Shown one piece after another: positions 37,068-46,900 of a stretch of 64,000 nucleotides of DNA (positions are counted from its first letter, which is position 1; each line of letters begins with the position of its first letter). A program made the translations under genes and the position numbers. The stretch comes from Polyangiales bacterium. GTDB taxonomy: Bacteria; Myxococcota_A; Polyangia; Polyangiales; Ga0077539. Location of the stretch: assembly GCA_044229975.1 (NCBI GenBank), contig JBGARZ010000005.1, forward strand, positions 384,001 to 448,000. The letters run 5' to 3'. The notes below the pieces were generated by a model. It was given only the letters and a program-made list of their open reading frames with translations. It ran no database searches and was not told the DNA's origin.

Positions 37068-38021
37068 TCACACAGGAACCTCCACCTGCTTCATGATGGC
37101 GGCGATGAGGCGTTCGGGGGAGGTTCCGCCGTAGCGCGACTGTGGGGTGAGCATCACGCGGTGGGCGAGCACCGGGGCGGCGAGGGCCTGCACGTCGTCG
37201 GGCGTGACGTGGTCGCGGCCCGAGAGGAGCGCGCGCGCCTGGCAGGCGCGGAAGTAGGAGAGAGCGCCGCGCGGCGAAGCGCCGAGGGCGAGGTCGGCGT
37301 GGTCGCGGGTGGCAGTGACCACGCGCAGGAGGTAGCGGGCGACGGGCTCGCGGACGAGCACCTCACGGACGGCGCCCTGGAGGGCCGAGAGGGTGGCTCC
37401 ATCCGCAACGGGCTGGAGGTCATCGAGGGGGTCGCGGCGCTGCCGGGCGTAGAGCAAGGCGAGCTCGTGGTCGGCGGAGGGGTAGCCGACGGAGAGGCGC
37501 AGCATGAAGCGATCGAGCTGGGCGTCGGGCAGGGGAAAGGTGCCCTGTGACTCGATGGGGTTCTGCGTGGCGAGCACGAAGAAGGGCTGCGGGAGCGCGT
37601 GGGTGGTGCCGTCGATGGTGGCGCTGCCCTCGTTCATGGCTTCGAGGAGGGCGCTCTGGGTGCGGGGCGAGGCGCGGTTGATCTCGTCCGCGAGGAGAAC
37701 GTTGGTGAAGACGGGGCCGCGGTGGAAGCGGAAGGTTCCGTCGCGGGGGTCGAGCACCTGGGCGCCGAGGATGTCGCTCGGGAGGAGGTCGGGCGTGAAC
37801 TGCACCCGGGTGCAGGTGACGTTGAAGCAGCGGGCGAGGGCGCGCGCGAGGGTGGTCTTGCCGACGCCGGGGACGTCCTCGATGAGCACATGGCCACCAG
37901 AGAGGACACCGACGAGCAGCAGCTCGATGGCCTCGGGGCGGCCCGAGAGCACGGAGGCGAGGCGCTCACGGATGACGGCGACGGTCGCGCGGAGGGCCGG
38001 GAGTTCGGGGGAAGCGCTCAT
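37068..38021 (-). CDS. moxR: MoxR family AAA+ ATPase
   Basis: EDVPGVGKT, RVQFTPDLLPSD and LADEINRASPRTQSALLEAM. Confidence 0.95.
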   Translation of the reverse strand: MSASPELPALRATVAVIRERLASVLSGRPEAIELLLVGVLSGGHVLIEDVPGVGKTTLARALARCFNVTCTRVQFTPDLLPSDILGAQVLDPRDGTFRFHRGPVFTNVLLADEINRASPRTQSALLEAMNEGSATIDGTTHALPQPFFVLATQNPIESQGTFPLPDAQLDRFMLRLSVGYPSADHELALLYARQRRDPLDDLQPVADGATLSALQGAVREVLVREPVARYLLRVVTATRDHADLALGASPRGALSYFRACQARALLSGRDHVTPDDVQALAAPVLAHRVMLTPQSRYGGTSPERLIAAIMKQVEVPV

Positions 38022-38096
38022 GAAGGAGGGCCGGAGGGTAACATCGGGCGCCGCGGGGTGAACGACGGAGAGGGTGGTGGGTATTTCCGAAGAGGC

Positions 38097-38138
38097 GGGG
38101 ACGGTTTCAGCTTTTCGTGAAAAGCTGAAACCGTCCCC
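38097..38138. repeat. Perfect palindrome, second copy of the REP-like element
   Basis: GGGGACGGTTTCAGCTTTTC-gt-GAAAAGCTGAAACCGTCCCC; arms match those at 3413-3432 / 3516-3535. Confidence 0.92.
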
Positions 38139-39719
38139 ATGCACCTCGCCCTCGCCCAGTTGAACCCGCGCGTCGGCGACCTCTCCCGCAACGCCGACCT
38201 CGTCGTCGAGGCCCTGCGCGCCGCCCACGCCCAGGGCGCCGACGTCGCGCTCACCCCCGAGCTCGTGCTCACCGGCGCTCCCCCGCGCGACCTGCTCTGC
38301 GACCCCCGCTTCGTCGACGACACCCTCGCGGCACTTGGTACGGTCGCCCAACGATCGCCCCCCGCGCTCACCGCCTACGTCGGCGCCATCGCCCGCGCCC
38401 CCTCCCCGACGCCGGGGCATCCCGGGCTCTACAACGTGCTCGCCGTCCTCCATGGCGGGCGCGTCGTCGACGTCGTCCGCAAGCGCCTGCTCCCCGCCTA
38501 CGACGTCTTCCATGAGCCACGGTGGTTCGTCCCCGGCACCTCTCCCGCCACCGTGCGCGACGGTCTCGGCCCGCTCATCTGCGAAGACCTCTGGGACGAC
38601 GGCTACCCCATCCACCCCGGCGCCGAGCTCGTCGCCGCCGGTGCGCGAGTGCTCGCCTGCGGGGCCGCCTCTCCCTTTCGTTGGGATGCGTACCAACGGC
38701 GCGTCGCCCACGCCGCGCGGCAGAGCGTCGCGGTGGCCTACGCCAACCTCGTCGGCGGACAGGACGAGCTCATCTTCGACGGCGGCAGCTTCGTCACCGA
38801 CGCCACCGGGCACGTGGTGCACCGGCTCCCCTTCTTCGAGGAGGCCGTCGAGACCTTCGACCTCGGCGACGCCACCCACGACGCGCCCGCGCTCCCCTCG
38901 CGCGAGGCCCTCGGCTTCGACGCGCTCGTCCTCGGCCTGCGCGACTTCGCCCGCAAGAACGGCGTTCGCCGCGTGGTGCTCGGCCTGTCGGGCGGCATCG
39001 ACTCGGCGCTCGTGGCCTGCATCGCGAAGGAGGCGCTCGGCGGCGACCGCGTTCTCTGCGTGGCGATGCCCACGCGGTACAACGACCCGCGCTCGACGAC
39101 CTGTGCTCAGGAGCTGGGCGCGGCGCTCGGGGTGCGAGTGGAGGTGTTTCCCGTCGAGGCGATGACCGAAGCGATGTCGGGCGCGCTGGGCGGGTGGCTC
39201 GACGGACTCGGCCCGGCGCGGCCGGGCGACACCACGCACGAAAACCTTCAGGCGCGGGTGCGAGCGCAGGTGTTGCTCGCGGCGATCAACCGCACGGGGG
39301 GGATGCTGCTCAACACCAGCAACAAGACGGAGCTGTCACTCGGCTACGGAACGCTCCACGGCGACCTCGCGGGCACGCTCTCGGTCATCGGCGACCTGAC
39401 CAAGCCCGAGGTGTACGCGCTGGCCCGCTGGTACGACGCGGGCCGCGGGGTGATCCCGGCGTTTGTGATGGAGCGAGCGCCGAGCGCGGAGCTGCGCGAC
39501 GGGCAGGTGGACCCCTTCGACTACCCGGTGGTGGCGCCGCGAGTGGAGTCGCTGGTGAAGGGGATTCCGTTGGAGGGGTGGGATGAGGCCGATCGTACGG
39601 TCACCGAACGATCGGTGCGAACGGCCGAGAGCAAGCGATGGCAGGGGGGCGTGGTGCTGAAGGTCAGCGACCGGGCCTTCGGGTCGGGGCGGATGATGCC
39701 GGTGACCCGAAGTCGGTAG
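38139..39719 (+). CDS. nadE: Glutamine-dependent NAD+ synthetase
   Basis: Nitrilase domain (PEL, KRLLP, ICEDLW) plus GLSGGIDS, ENLQARVR, TSNKTE and PSAEL. Confidence 0.95.
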   Translation: MHLALAQLNPRVGDLSRNADLVVEALRAAHAQGADVALTPELVLTGAPPRDLLCDPRFVDDTLAALGTVAQRSPPALTAYVGAIARAPSPTPGHPGLYNVLAVLHGGRVVDVVRKRLLPAYDVFHEPRWFVPGTSPATVRDGLGPLICEDLWDDGYPIHPGAELVAAGARVLACGAASPFRWDAYQRRVAHAARQSVAVAYANLVGGQDELIFDGGSFVTDATGHVVHRLPFFEEAVETFDLGDATHDAPALPSREALGFDALVLGLRDFARKNGVRRVVLGLSGGIDSALVACIAKEALGGDRVLCVAMPTRYNDPRSTTCAQELGAALGVRVEVFPVEAMTEAMSGALGGWLDGLGPARPGDTTHENLQARVRAQVLLAAINRTGGMLLNTSNKTELSLGYGTLHGDLAGTLSVIGDLTKPEVYALARWYDAGRGVIPAFVMERAPSAELRDGQVDPFDYPVVAPRVESLVKGIPLEGWDEADRTVTERSVRTAESKRWQGGVVLKVSDRAFGSGRMMPVTRSR

Positions 39720-39723
39720 TGGA

Positions 39724-40554
39724 TCAGGTGGTCGGGGCGACGGGCGCCGGGGGCGTCGGCGTCTTCGAGCGAGCCGCGGGTTGCGCGGCGAACTCGGCGA
39801 CCATCTCGTGGAAGGGGCCGAGCAGCCATTCGGCGAGGGGCTCGCTGTCGCGGATGTCGGGGTCGGCGCTGCCAGCGACCTTCATGACGTAGTCGCGCAG
39901 GGCGTCCTTGGCGGCGACGAACTGCGGGAGCATGACGGCCGCCGCGACCGAGGGCGACTGCGCCGTCGTGAAGGCGAAGGCGTGACCGAAGGCGGCATGC
40001 GTGGCGGTGAGCCGGGCGAGCAGGCGTTCGCCACCGAGCGCAGTGACGAGCGCGACGCTCTCTGGCGCGGCGAGGATGTCCATGCGCGTTTGCATGGAGG
40101 TCCACTGTCGGCGCGGGCGGTGGGAGATGAAGCGCAGTCCCTCGGGAGGCGGAAACAGCCGCCCGAAGAGCCTTTGGGCTTCCGCGGGGGTGGGGCTCAC
40201 GCCGTCGTCGTCGCGCAATGACCAGCCGCCGAGCCAGCCGTTGAGCGCCTGCCACGCGTTGTCGGAGGCGCGGTTGGCCGTCGCCTGCGCGTCGGTGTCG
40301 GGCAGATCGCTGTCCGCATCGTGGCGCTTCGCGGTGGCTTCGCGCAGAGCAGTGAGCGTCGTGGAGAAGCGCGCGTGGGAGGCGCTGACCGTCGCGGGGA
40401 CGGCGACGTCGACCGGGCAGCCGACCGGCGCGGCGGAGGCGCCCGGGAGCACCGCCGTGAAGCGGGCGTCGAGCTGCGCGCCCAGCGCGAGGACGTCGGC
40501 GGCCAACATGCGAGCGGGGAGCTGAACGAGGAGAGACGCGAAATGGATGTTCAT
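39724..40554 (-). CDS. Hypothetical alpha-helical protein
   Basis: Host-like codon bias, AGGA upstream of ATG 40554, no recognised motif. Confidence 0.7.
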   Translation of the reverse strand: MNIHFASLLVQLPARMLAADVLALGAQLDARFTAVLPGASAAPVGCPVDVAVPATVSASHARFSTTLTALREATAKRHDADSDLPDTDAQATANRASDNAWQALNGWLGGWSLRDDDGVSPTPAEAQRLFGRLFPPPEGLRFISHRPRRQWTSMQTRMDILAAPESVALVTALGGERLLARLTATHAAFGHAFAFTTAQSPSVAAAVMLPQFVAAKDALRDYVMKVAGSADPDIRDSEPLAEWLLGPFHEMVAEFAAQPAARSKTPTPPAPVAPTT

Positions 40555-40692
40555 GGAGATGCCTTCCTGAGCAGCACCAACCATTGGTTTGCTCGGGAGG
40601 CTCATCGGGAGGCCGCGGAGGGAGGTTGCGGAGAAAGTGGAGAGGCCGACGTTTTTCGCAAACGGGTCTGCGAGCAGGTGATTGGCCGTCGT

Positions 40693-40864
40693 CGACGCTC
40701 GTGGACCTGGTTGCAGGTGGGTTCGAGAGGATCGGCGACGCTCGCGGACCTGGTTGCAGGTGGGTTCGAGAGGATCGGCGACGCTCGCGGACCTGGTTGC
40801 AGGTGGGTTCGAGAGGATCGGCGACGCTCGGGAAGCTGGCTGCAGGTTGTTTCCGAAGCGTCGA
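40693..40864. repeat. 43-bp intergenic tandem repeat (3 near-identical units plus 1 degenerate)
   Basis: CGACGCTCGCGGACCTGGTTGCAGGTGGGTTCGAGAGGATCGG at 40693, 40736 and 40779; degenerate copy from 40822. Confidence 0.92.
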
Positions 40865-41044
40865 CACGGCTTTGCCTACCAAGTCGACGTTCCGATCATT
40901 CGGGGGTGGCGCGGACCGCGGAGTGTGCCGACGCGGGGTCGGCACCGGCGCCTGTCGGAGCGCATGGGTCGGTACGTGACTGCGGTCCGTCGTGCGGCGT
41001 ACCGTCGCCTTGATCAGGCGGTTGCTGGCGGCGGGGAGACGAAC

Positions 41045-42214
41045 ATGAGAACCACGGCAAAGTCTGTGCGTCCGAACAAACTGACGACGCTGGCGATAGC
41101 GAGCGTGCTGCTCGTGGGGTGCCCCGACCCGGTGCCCTTGCCCCCGACGAGCTGCCTGCCGGGCGCGCAAACAGAGTGCGCGTGCCCTGGCGGGACCCGC
41201 AGCGTGCAGGTCTGCGGCACCGACCGGGTGCTGGGCCTGTGCCAATGCGGCGGAGACGCTGGGATGGACGTAGCCACTGTCGACGGCGGCGACGCGGGGA
41301 CAGGGGCGTCCGACACGAGCGCCGTGGACCTCGGCGCGGGCGATCTGGGTTCGGCGGACGTTGGTGATCCCGATACGGGTAGCCCTGCGCCGGACATTGG
41401 TAGCCCCACGCTCGACACGGGATCCGGTGCCGATGTGCTCCCGGCCGGGTGCGTCGCAACGACGCCGGGCAACTGCTGCGGGGTCGCGTGCCCCGCGGCC
41501 GACCACGCCTCGCCCGTGTGCGGCGGAGGCACGTGCACGGTGGCCTGTATGGTGGGCTACGCGAGCTGCGACGGCACGCTCACCAACGGCTGCGAGGTGA
41601 CGCTTGCAACGAGCGACGTGCACTGCGGCGGCTGTGGCACCGCATGCGCCATGGGCCAGCGCTGCACCATGGGCATGTGCCAGTGCCCGGCGGGTCAAAC
41701 GCTCTGCGGCGGGCGTTGCGTCAACACGCAGACGGACGCGGCGAACTGTGGCGCCTGCGGAGCACCTTGCGCCGCGGGGGGCGCCTGCGTCGGCGGCGCG
41801 TGCGTGCTTTGCACGGGCGGGCAGACGCCTTGCCCCGGAGCGTGTGTGGACACCCAAACCAACAATGCCCACTGTGGCGGCTGCGGACGCGCCTGTCCGA
41901 GCGGTCAGGGGTGCGTGGCAGGAACGTGTCAGGTCCTCTGCGCCCTTGGCGAGTTCGCCATGTGTTCGCCGTCGGGGTCAGCGCCAAACTGCTGTGCGGA
42001 TGGGCGTACCTGTGGCGTTAGCGGCGTCACGCAGCAGTGCTGCCGTCCCCCTGGCGGGGCGTGTACGGGTCGCGCTGGCTGTTGCTCTCTCGGCACCGTG
42101 ATCTACTGTATGCGAGGTGTCTGCTGCATCAGCAGCGCTGCTTCGGGGTGCACGGAGAACTCGCACTGTTGCAGCAACTCGTGCGGGAGGGTGCGACCCG
42201 GAGTCTGCGATTGA
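41045..42214 (+). CDS. Cys-rich repeat lipoprotein
   Basis: GGGGAG SD, lipobox LVGC, CVDTQT..xCGxCGxxC repeats, CC-rich tail. Confidence 0.8.
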   Translation: MRTTAKSVRPNKLTTLAIASVLLVGCPDPVPLPPTSCLPGAQTECACPGGTRSVQVCGTDRVLGLCQCGGDAGMDVATVDGGDAGTGASDTSAVDLGAGDLGSADVGDPDTGSPAPDIGSPTLDTGSGADVLPAGCVATTPGNCCGVACPAADHASPVCGGGTCTVACMVGYASCDGTLTNGCEVTLATSDVHCGGCGTACAMGQRCTMGMCQCPAGQTLCGGRCVNTQTDAANCGACGAPCAAGGACVGGACVLCTGGQTPCPGACVDTQTNNAHCGGCGRACPSGQGCVAGTCQVLCALGEFAMCSPSGSAPNCCADGRTCGVSGVTQQCCRPPGGACTGRAGCCSLGTVIYCMRGVCCISSAASGCTENSHCCSNSCGRVRPGVCD

Positions 42215-42684
42215 TTGGTCGGCCAACGGTGCTGCTGGCGCTACGACGCACCACTGCACGTCCCTCCGAAGGTGCGGTGCAGAACGCCCCAAGTAACAGG
42301 TAGAGCACCGTGACCGCGACGCAGGCGCCGAAGGGCAGCGCGGCGAGCGTGAGGGCCACCAGCACGTGGCCATCGGGCAACACCTCAACCAACGTCGACC
42401 CGCGCGTGAAGCGCGCCGACCGACTCTCGGAGCACCGCCCTTCGACCGCGCGGCAACCAGCGCCTTGAGCGACGGGTACTCCTCCGCGGGCAGCGACTCG
42501 GCGGGCGCCGCGAGCGCTCCCGCGGGAAGCACCCGCAGCCGCCGGACAGCATCACGATGCACAACTCCCCGAGCACCCCGAGGGCGAGGTCACGACGGTT
42601 CACGGTTGCACCTGAGCGGCGACCCCACTCGACCCGGTTGCGGGTGGGTTCTACGCCCCCACGCTGGCGCTTCCTCCCAGGCCG

Positions 42685-42827
42685 GCGGTGGACGTCCTTA
42701 CCCGAAGGGACGCGACCGCCCACGCCCGCGGTCGTCTCCTCCGACGGGGACTCGCTCGCGCGGCGGTCGAGCTCCGACGACCGCGGACGTGGGCGGTCGC
42801 GTCCCTCCGGGTAAGGACGTCCACCGC
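42685..42827 (-). repeat. 52-bp inverted repeat (REP/MITE-like or 3' stem-loop)
   Basis: Arms at 42685-42736 / 42776-42827 with 2 mismatches and a 39-nt loop. Confidence 0.88.
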
Positions 42828-42849
42828 GGGCGTAGGCGGGTGCTCCTCG

Positions 42850-43893
42850 CTACCGCCGCCGGTCGATGCGCAGCGTCTCCGGGCTCTCGACCGCCCCATC
42901 GGGCATCGCCCACGCGTCGCCCGTCTCCGGCATCCGCGGCTCGCTCTCCCCGTCCAGCGTCTCGGCCAGTCCCACTCGCAGCCCCACCAGGGCCGCGATG
43001 AAGTCCTCCGCCCGCTGGTAGCGCTCCTCCGGGTACCGCGCCATCGCCCGCGCCACGCACGCCACCAGCGCCGCGGGCAGCGTCGGAACCCTCCCCTCCA
43101 ACGCAATGGGCGCCGCGCTGCACGCCTTCATCATGATCTCGCCGGTGTGCGCCCCCTCGAAGGGGAGCGCCCCGCTCAGCATCTCGTAGAGCATCACCCC
43201 GACCCCATAGAGATCAGCCCGGTGGTCGACGCCCGCCGGGTTGAAGATCTGCTCCGGGGCCATGTAGTGGGGCGTCCCCAGCGTCGTGCCCGCCGGGGTC
43301 AATGGCGAGGTGCGCTGCTCGAAGAGCATCTTGCTCGTCCCGAAATCCAGCACTGTCGCCGACTCGCCCCCGTCATCCGTCCGCCGCAGGAAGACGTTCC
43401 CGGGCTTCATGTCGCGATGCACCACGCCGTGCGCGTGGGCCACGCGCAGGCCCTCCAGCACCTGCAACGTCAGCCGCACCGCCCGCGCCGGGGACAGCCG
43501 CTTCTCGCCCAGCAGCGTGATGTGCAGCCCCCTCCCCTGGAGCAGCTCCATCACCAGGTACGCCGTGCCGTCCGCCGCGATGGCGCAGTCGTGCGTCTCG
43601 ATCACGTGCGGTGACCGCAGCGCTCGCGCCGCCCTCGCCTCGCGAACGAACCTCTCCAGCGAGTCATCCCGGTCGGCGATGTCCGGCTTCAGCAGCTTGA
43701 TGGCCACCCGATCGCCCAGCAGCTTGTGCCGCGCCCGATAGACGCTCCCCATGCCGCCGCCGCCGAGAAACCACTCGACCTCGTAGCGGTCGATGGTGGT
43801 GCCGCACGGGCCCACGGTGGTCGGCGTCCCGGTCTTCGGGCACCGCGCAAAATCCTCTGGGTGGTCGTCGCCACACGCCCTGCAATACGCCAT
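42850..43893 (-). CDS. Hanks-type Ser/Thr protein kinase with N-terminal Zn-ribbon-like motif
   Basis: CRAC...CPKTG; LGGGGMGSVY, VAIK, HRDMKPGN, DFG and YMAPE. Confidence 0.93.
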   Translation of the reverse strand: MAYCRACGDDHPEDFARCPKTGTPTTVGPCGTTIDRYEVEWFLGGGGMGSVYRARHKLLGDRVAIKLLKPDIADRDDSLERFVREARAARALRSPHVIETHDCAIAADGTAYLVMELLQGRGLHITLLGEKRLSPARAVRLTLQVLEGLRVAHAHGVVHRDMKPGNVFLRRTDDGGESATVLDFGTSKMLFEQRTSPLTPAGTTLGTPHYMAPEQIFNPAGVDHRADLYGVGVMLYEMLSGALPFEGAHTGEIMMKACSAAPIALEGRVPTLPAALVACVARAMARYPEERYQRAEDFIAALVGLRVGLAETLDGESEPRMPETGDAWAMPDGAVESPETLRIDRRR

Positions 43894-43902
43894 CGCGTTC
43901 GC

Positions 43903-43908
43903 AGTATA
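43903..43908 (-). promoter_or_regulatory. Putative -10 box (TATACT) in the 41-bp divergent kinase/Clp intergenic region
   Basis: Lies 9 nt upstream of kinase ATG 43893; the overlapping GTATAC is palindromic. Confidence 0.45.
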
Positions 43909-43934
43909 CCTTTAGCCCCGCCCAAAACTCCCCG

Positions 43935-46900
43935 ATGACGACACCCTCCATTCCCCTCCGCGTCCAGCTCCTGCGTCTGCGCCTCACCAGCGGGCGCACG
44001 CTGCTGCTCCCCATCGCCGATCCGCGCCACGCCGTGGTCGCCGAGGAGTCCGACGCCCTCCTCGAAGCACAGCTCTTCCTCTCCGAGTGGCTCGCCACCC
44101 AAGCGCCCTCCGTCGTCGGCGGCTTCATCGCCAACCCCAACGCCCGCGTCGAGTACGTGCCCGTCCCCCTCACCCGCGAAGACCTCCCGCGGCGATTCCG
44201 TGAGCCCGTCATCGTCTGCGTCCCCTGCGTGGTTCTGCCCGAAAACAACCGCTCGTGGGTGTTCGTCGCGCCGCTGGAGACCGTCGTCTACGTCGGCCCC
44301 AACGCCTCGCTCGCCGAGACCGTCGGCGCGGAGGTCAGCCGCCTCGTCGACGCCTGGGAACTCCCCCCCGACCGCCGCCTCGACCTCTTCCCCCTCCCCG
44401 GCGCCGAGCTCGTCGCCACCGACCTCGTCGTCGAGCGCCGCCACGGCCGCGGCCCCGACGGCGAAGCCTCGCGCCCCCGCGAGCGCGCCCGCTCCGAAGA
44501 GAAGGCCGCCGCCCTCGAAGCCCTGCGATCCATCGGCAACGCCCTCGACGAGCGCGAGGCGACCACCCTCGCCCACCGCGACGACGCGCTCCGAACGCTC
44601 TCCGCCCTCCTCGACGGCACTCAACGGCAGTCGGTGTTGCTCACGGGCGCGTCGCTCGTGGGTCGCTCGGCGCTGCTGCGCGCCTGGGTCGCCCGGCGCA
44701 AGGCCGACGGTCGCCCGGCGACGGCGTTCGTGACGAGCGGCGCGCAGCTCCTCGCGGGCATGAGCGGCCTCGGTCAGTGGGAAGCCCGCTTGAAGAAGGT
44801 GCTCGACGCCGCCGAGCTGCTCGACGCGGTGCTGGTCTTCGACAACCTGGGCGAGCTGCTCACCGATCGACCGTCGGGCGGGGTCAACCTCGCCGCCGCG
44901 CTACGACCCGCGCTCGAAGAGGGCCGCGTGCGGTTGGTGGGCGAGCTCCGCGACGACCTCGTCGACGCTGGCGAGCGCCACCACGGCAGCTTCCTCGGCA
45001 ACTTCACCCGGCTGCGCGTGGAGCCGCTCACCGCGGCGCAGACCCTCGACGCCCTCCAACAGCGGGCGGCGCAGGAGGCGAAGGCGCAGCGCGACGGTCC
45101 GGCCCTCACGCGTGATGGCGCCGAGACGGTGGTGGACCTCGCGGCGCGCTACATGGCCTACGACGCCTTTCCGGGGAAGGCGTTTCGCCTGCTCGACGAG
45201 CTGCGCGCGGTGGTCGAGAGCGACCGCGACCTCACCACCGCCCACACCCCGGCGATGGACCGCGACCTCGTACAGCGGGCGTTCAGTCGGCAGAGCGGGA
45301 TACCGGCGTTCATCTTGAGGGACGACCTCGCGATGCGGGTGGAGGAGGTCACCGCGTCGCTACAGAAGCGCATCGTGGGACAGACCGCAGCGGTGCGCGC
45401 GATGGCGCAGACCCTCGGTGTGGTGAAGGCCGGGATGCAGCGGGGCGGACGACCGCTCGCGTGTCTGCTCTTCGTCGGTCCGACGGGCGTCGGCAAGACC
45501 GAGCTCGCCCGCGCGACGGCGCACCTGCTGTACGGCAGCGACGAGCGGATGATCCGCTTCGACATGAGCGAGTACACCGACCTCGAAGCGGCCGATCGTC
45601 TCATCCGCGGGGTGCGCGGCGCGGAGGGCCTGCTCACGCGGCGCATCCGCGAGCAGCCCTTCGGCGTGCTGCTGCTCGACGAGGTGGAGAAGGCCCACCC
45701 GGCGGTGTTCGACCTGCTGTTGCAGGTGCTCGGCGAGGGCCGCCTCACCGACGGCCAGGGGCGAACGGCCTACTTCCACAACGCCATCGTGGTGATGACG
45801 AGCAACCTCGGCGCGACGGGCATGCGCGACCCGGTTGGCATCGGGCAGGCGCCCGCGGACATGGGCGCCCACTACCTGCGCGCGGTGGAGTCGACGTTTC
45901 GACCCGAGTTCATCAACCGGCTCGATCGGGTGATTCCCTTCGACGCGCTGGGTGCGGCGGAGGTGCGCGCGGTGGCGACCATGACGCTCACGAAGCTGGC
46001 GCAGCGACGCGGTCTCGACGGCGTGACGCTGACCGTGAGCGACGCGGCCGTCGACCACCTGAGCGCGCGCGGATACTCCAACCGCTACGGCGCGCGGGCG
46101 ATGCGTCGGCACCTCGAAGACCACCTCGTGGCACCCGTCGCGGGCCTCGCCAACGACGCGGTGAACCCCGGCGAGACGCTGCTCGCCGTGCGGGTGTCGC
46201 TGCCGTCGGAGCCGGCGGAGGCACGCGCCGAGGGCTACCGGGACGAGGTCGTGGTGGGCGGCCTGCGGGTGGAGGTGTGGGCGGCGGCGCCACGTGAGGG
46301 CCACGAAGCAGCAGCGCTACGAACGGAGCTGGCGACGCACCGACGCTGGGTCGACGCGGCGCTCAAGCTGCCGCGCATCGACGGCATCCGCAGCCAGGTG
46401 GAGCACCTGCGGGCGCAGCTCTCGTACCGGGCGGCGGGGACAACGACCGGGACGGGTGAGCGCAACGCGTTGCAGCGCGAACACCACCAGTTGGACACGC
46501 ACTGGACGGCGCTCACGCGCTTGCAGCACGAGCTGTGGTCGCTGGAGGAGCTCGGCCTGGAGGGGCACCTCGGTCGCGACGAGGCGAAGGAGCTGCGCGC
46601 CGAAGCGGAGGCGGTGCGCGAGCGCTTCGAGGTGGCGCTGGCCGAGGCGATGCTGTCGTCGGTGGTGGGGCGCAACGGCGTAGTGCTCATGGTCTCGGAG
46701 CTCGACGACACCCGCGGGCTGGAGCCGTGGCTGGAGGGCTACGACGTGGCGTGCGAGGCGCGACGGTGGACCCTCGACGCGCACCTCATCGACATGGCCC
46801 CCGAGCGGGGCGACGAGTGGCCGGCGGAGCGACGGTGGGGGCCGCCGCGCAAGCTGCGGACGGTGCTCGACCTGCTACGCGCGGAGGAGGATCGCGGACC

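Noticed and set aside
33869..38021. MoxR-DUF58-transglutaminase operon as a novel system
   Set aside because: A well-known, widespread gene triad.
40693..40864. CRISPR array
   Set aside because: The units are contiguous with no unique spacers, and there are no cas genes.
41978..42723. Short ORFs downstream of the Cys-rich gene
   Set aside because: Inconsistent frames, no motifs and overlap with the inverted repeat; at most a remnant.
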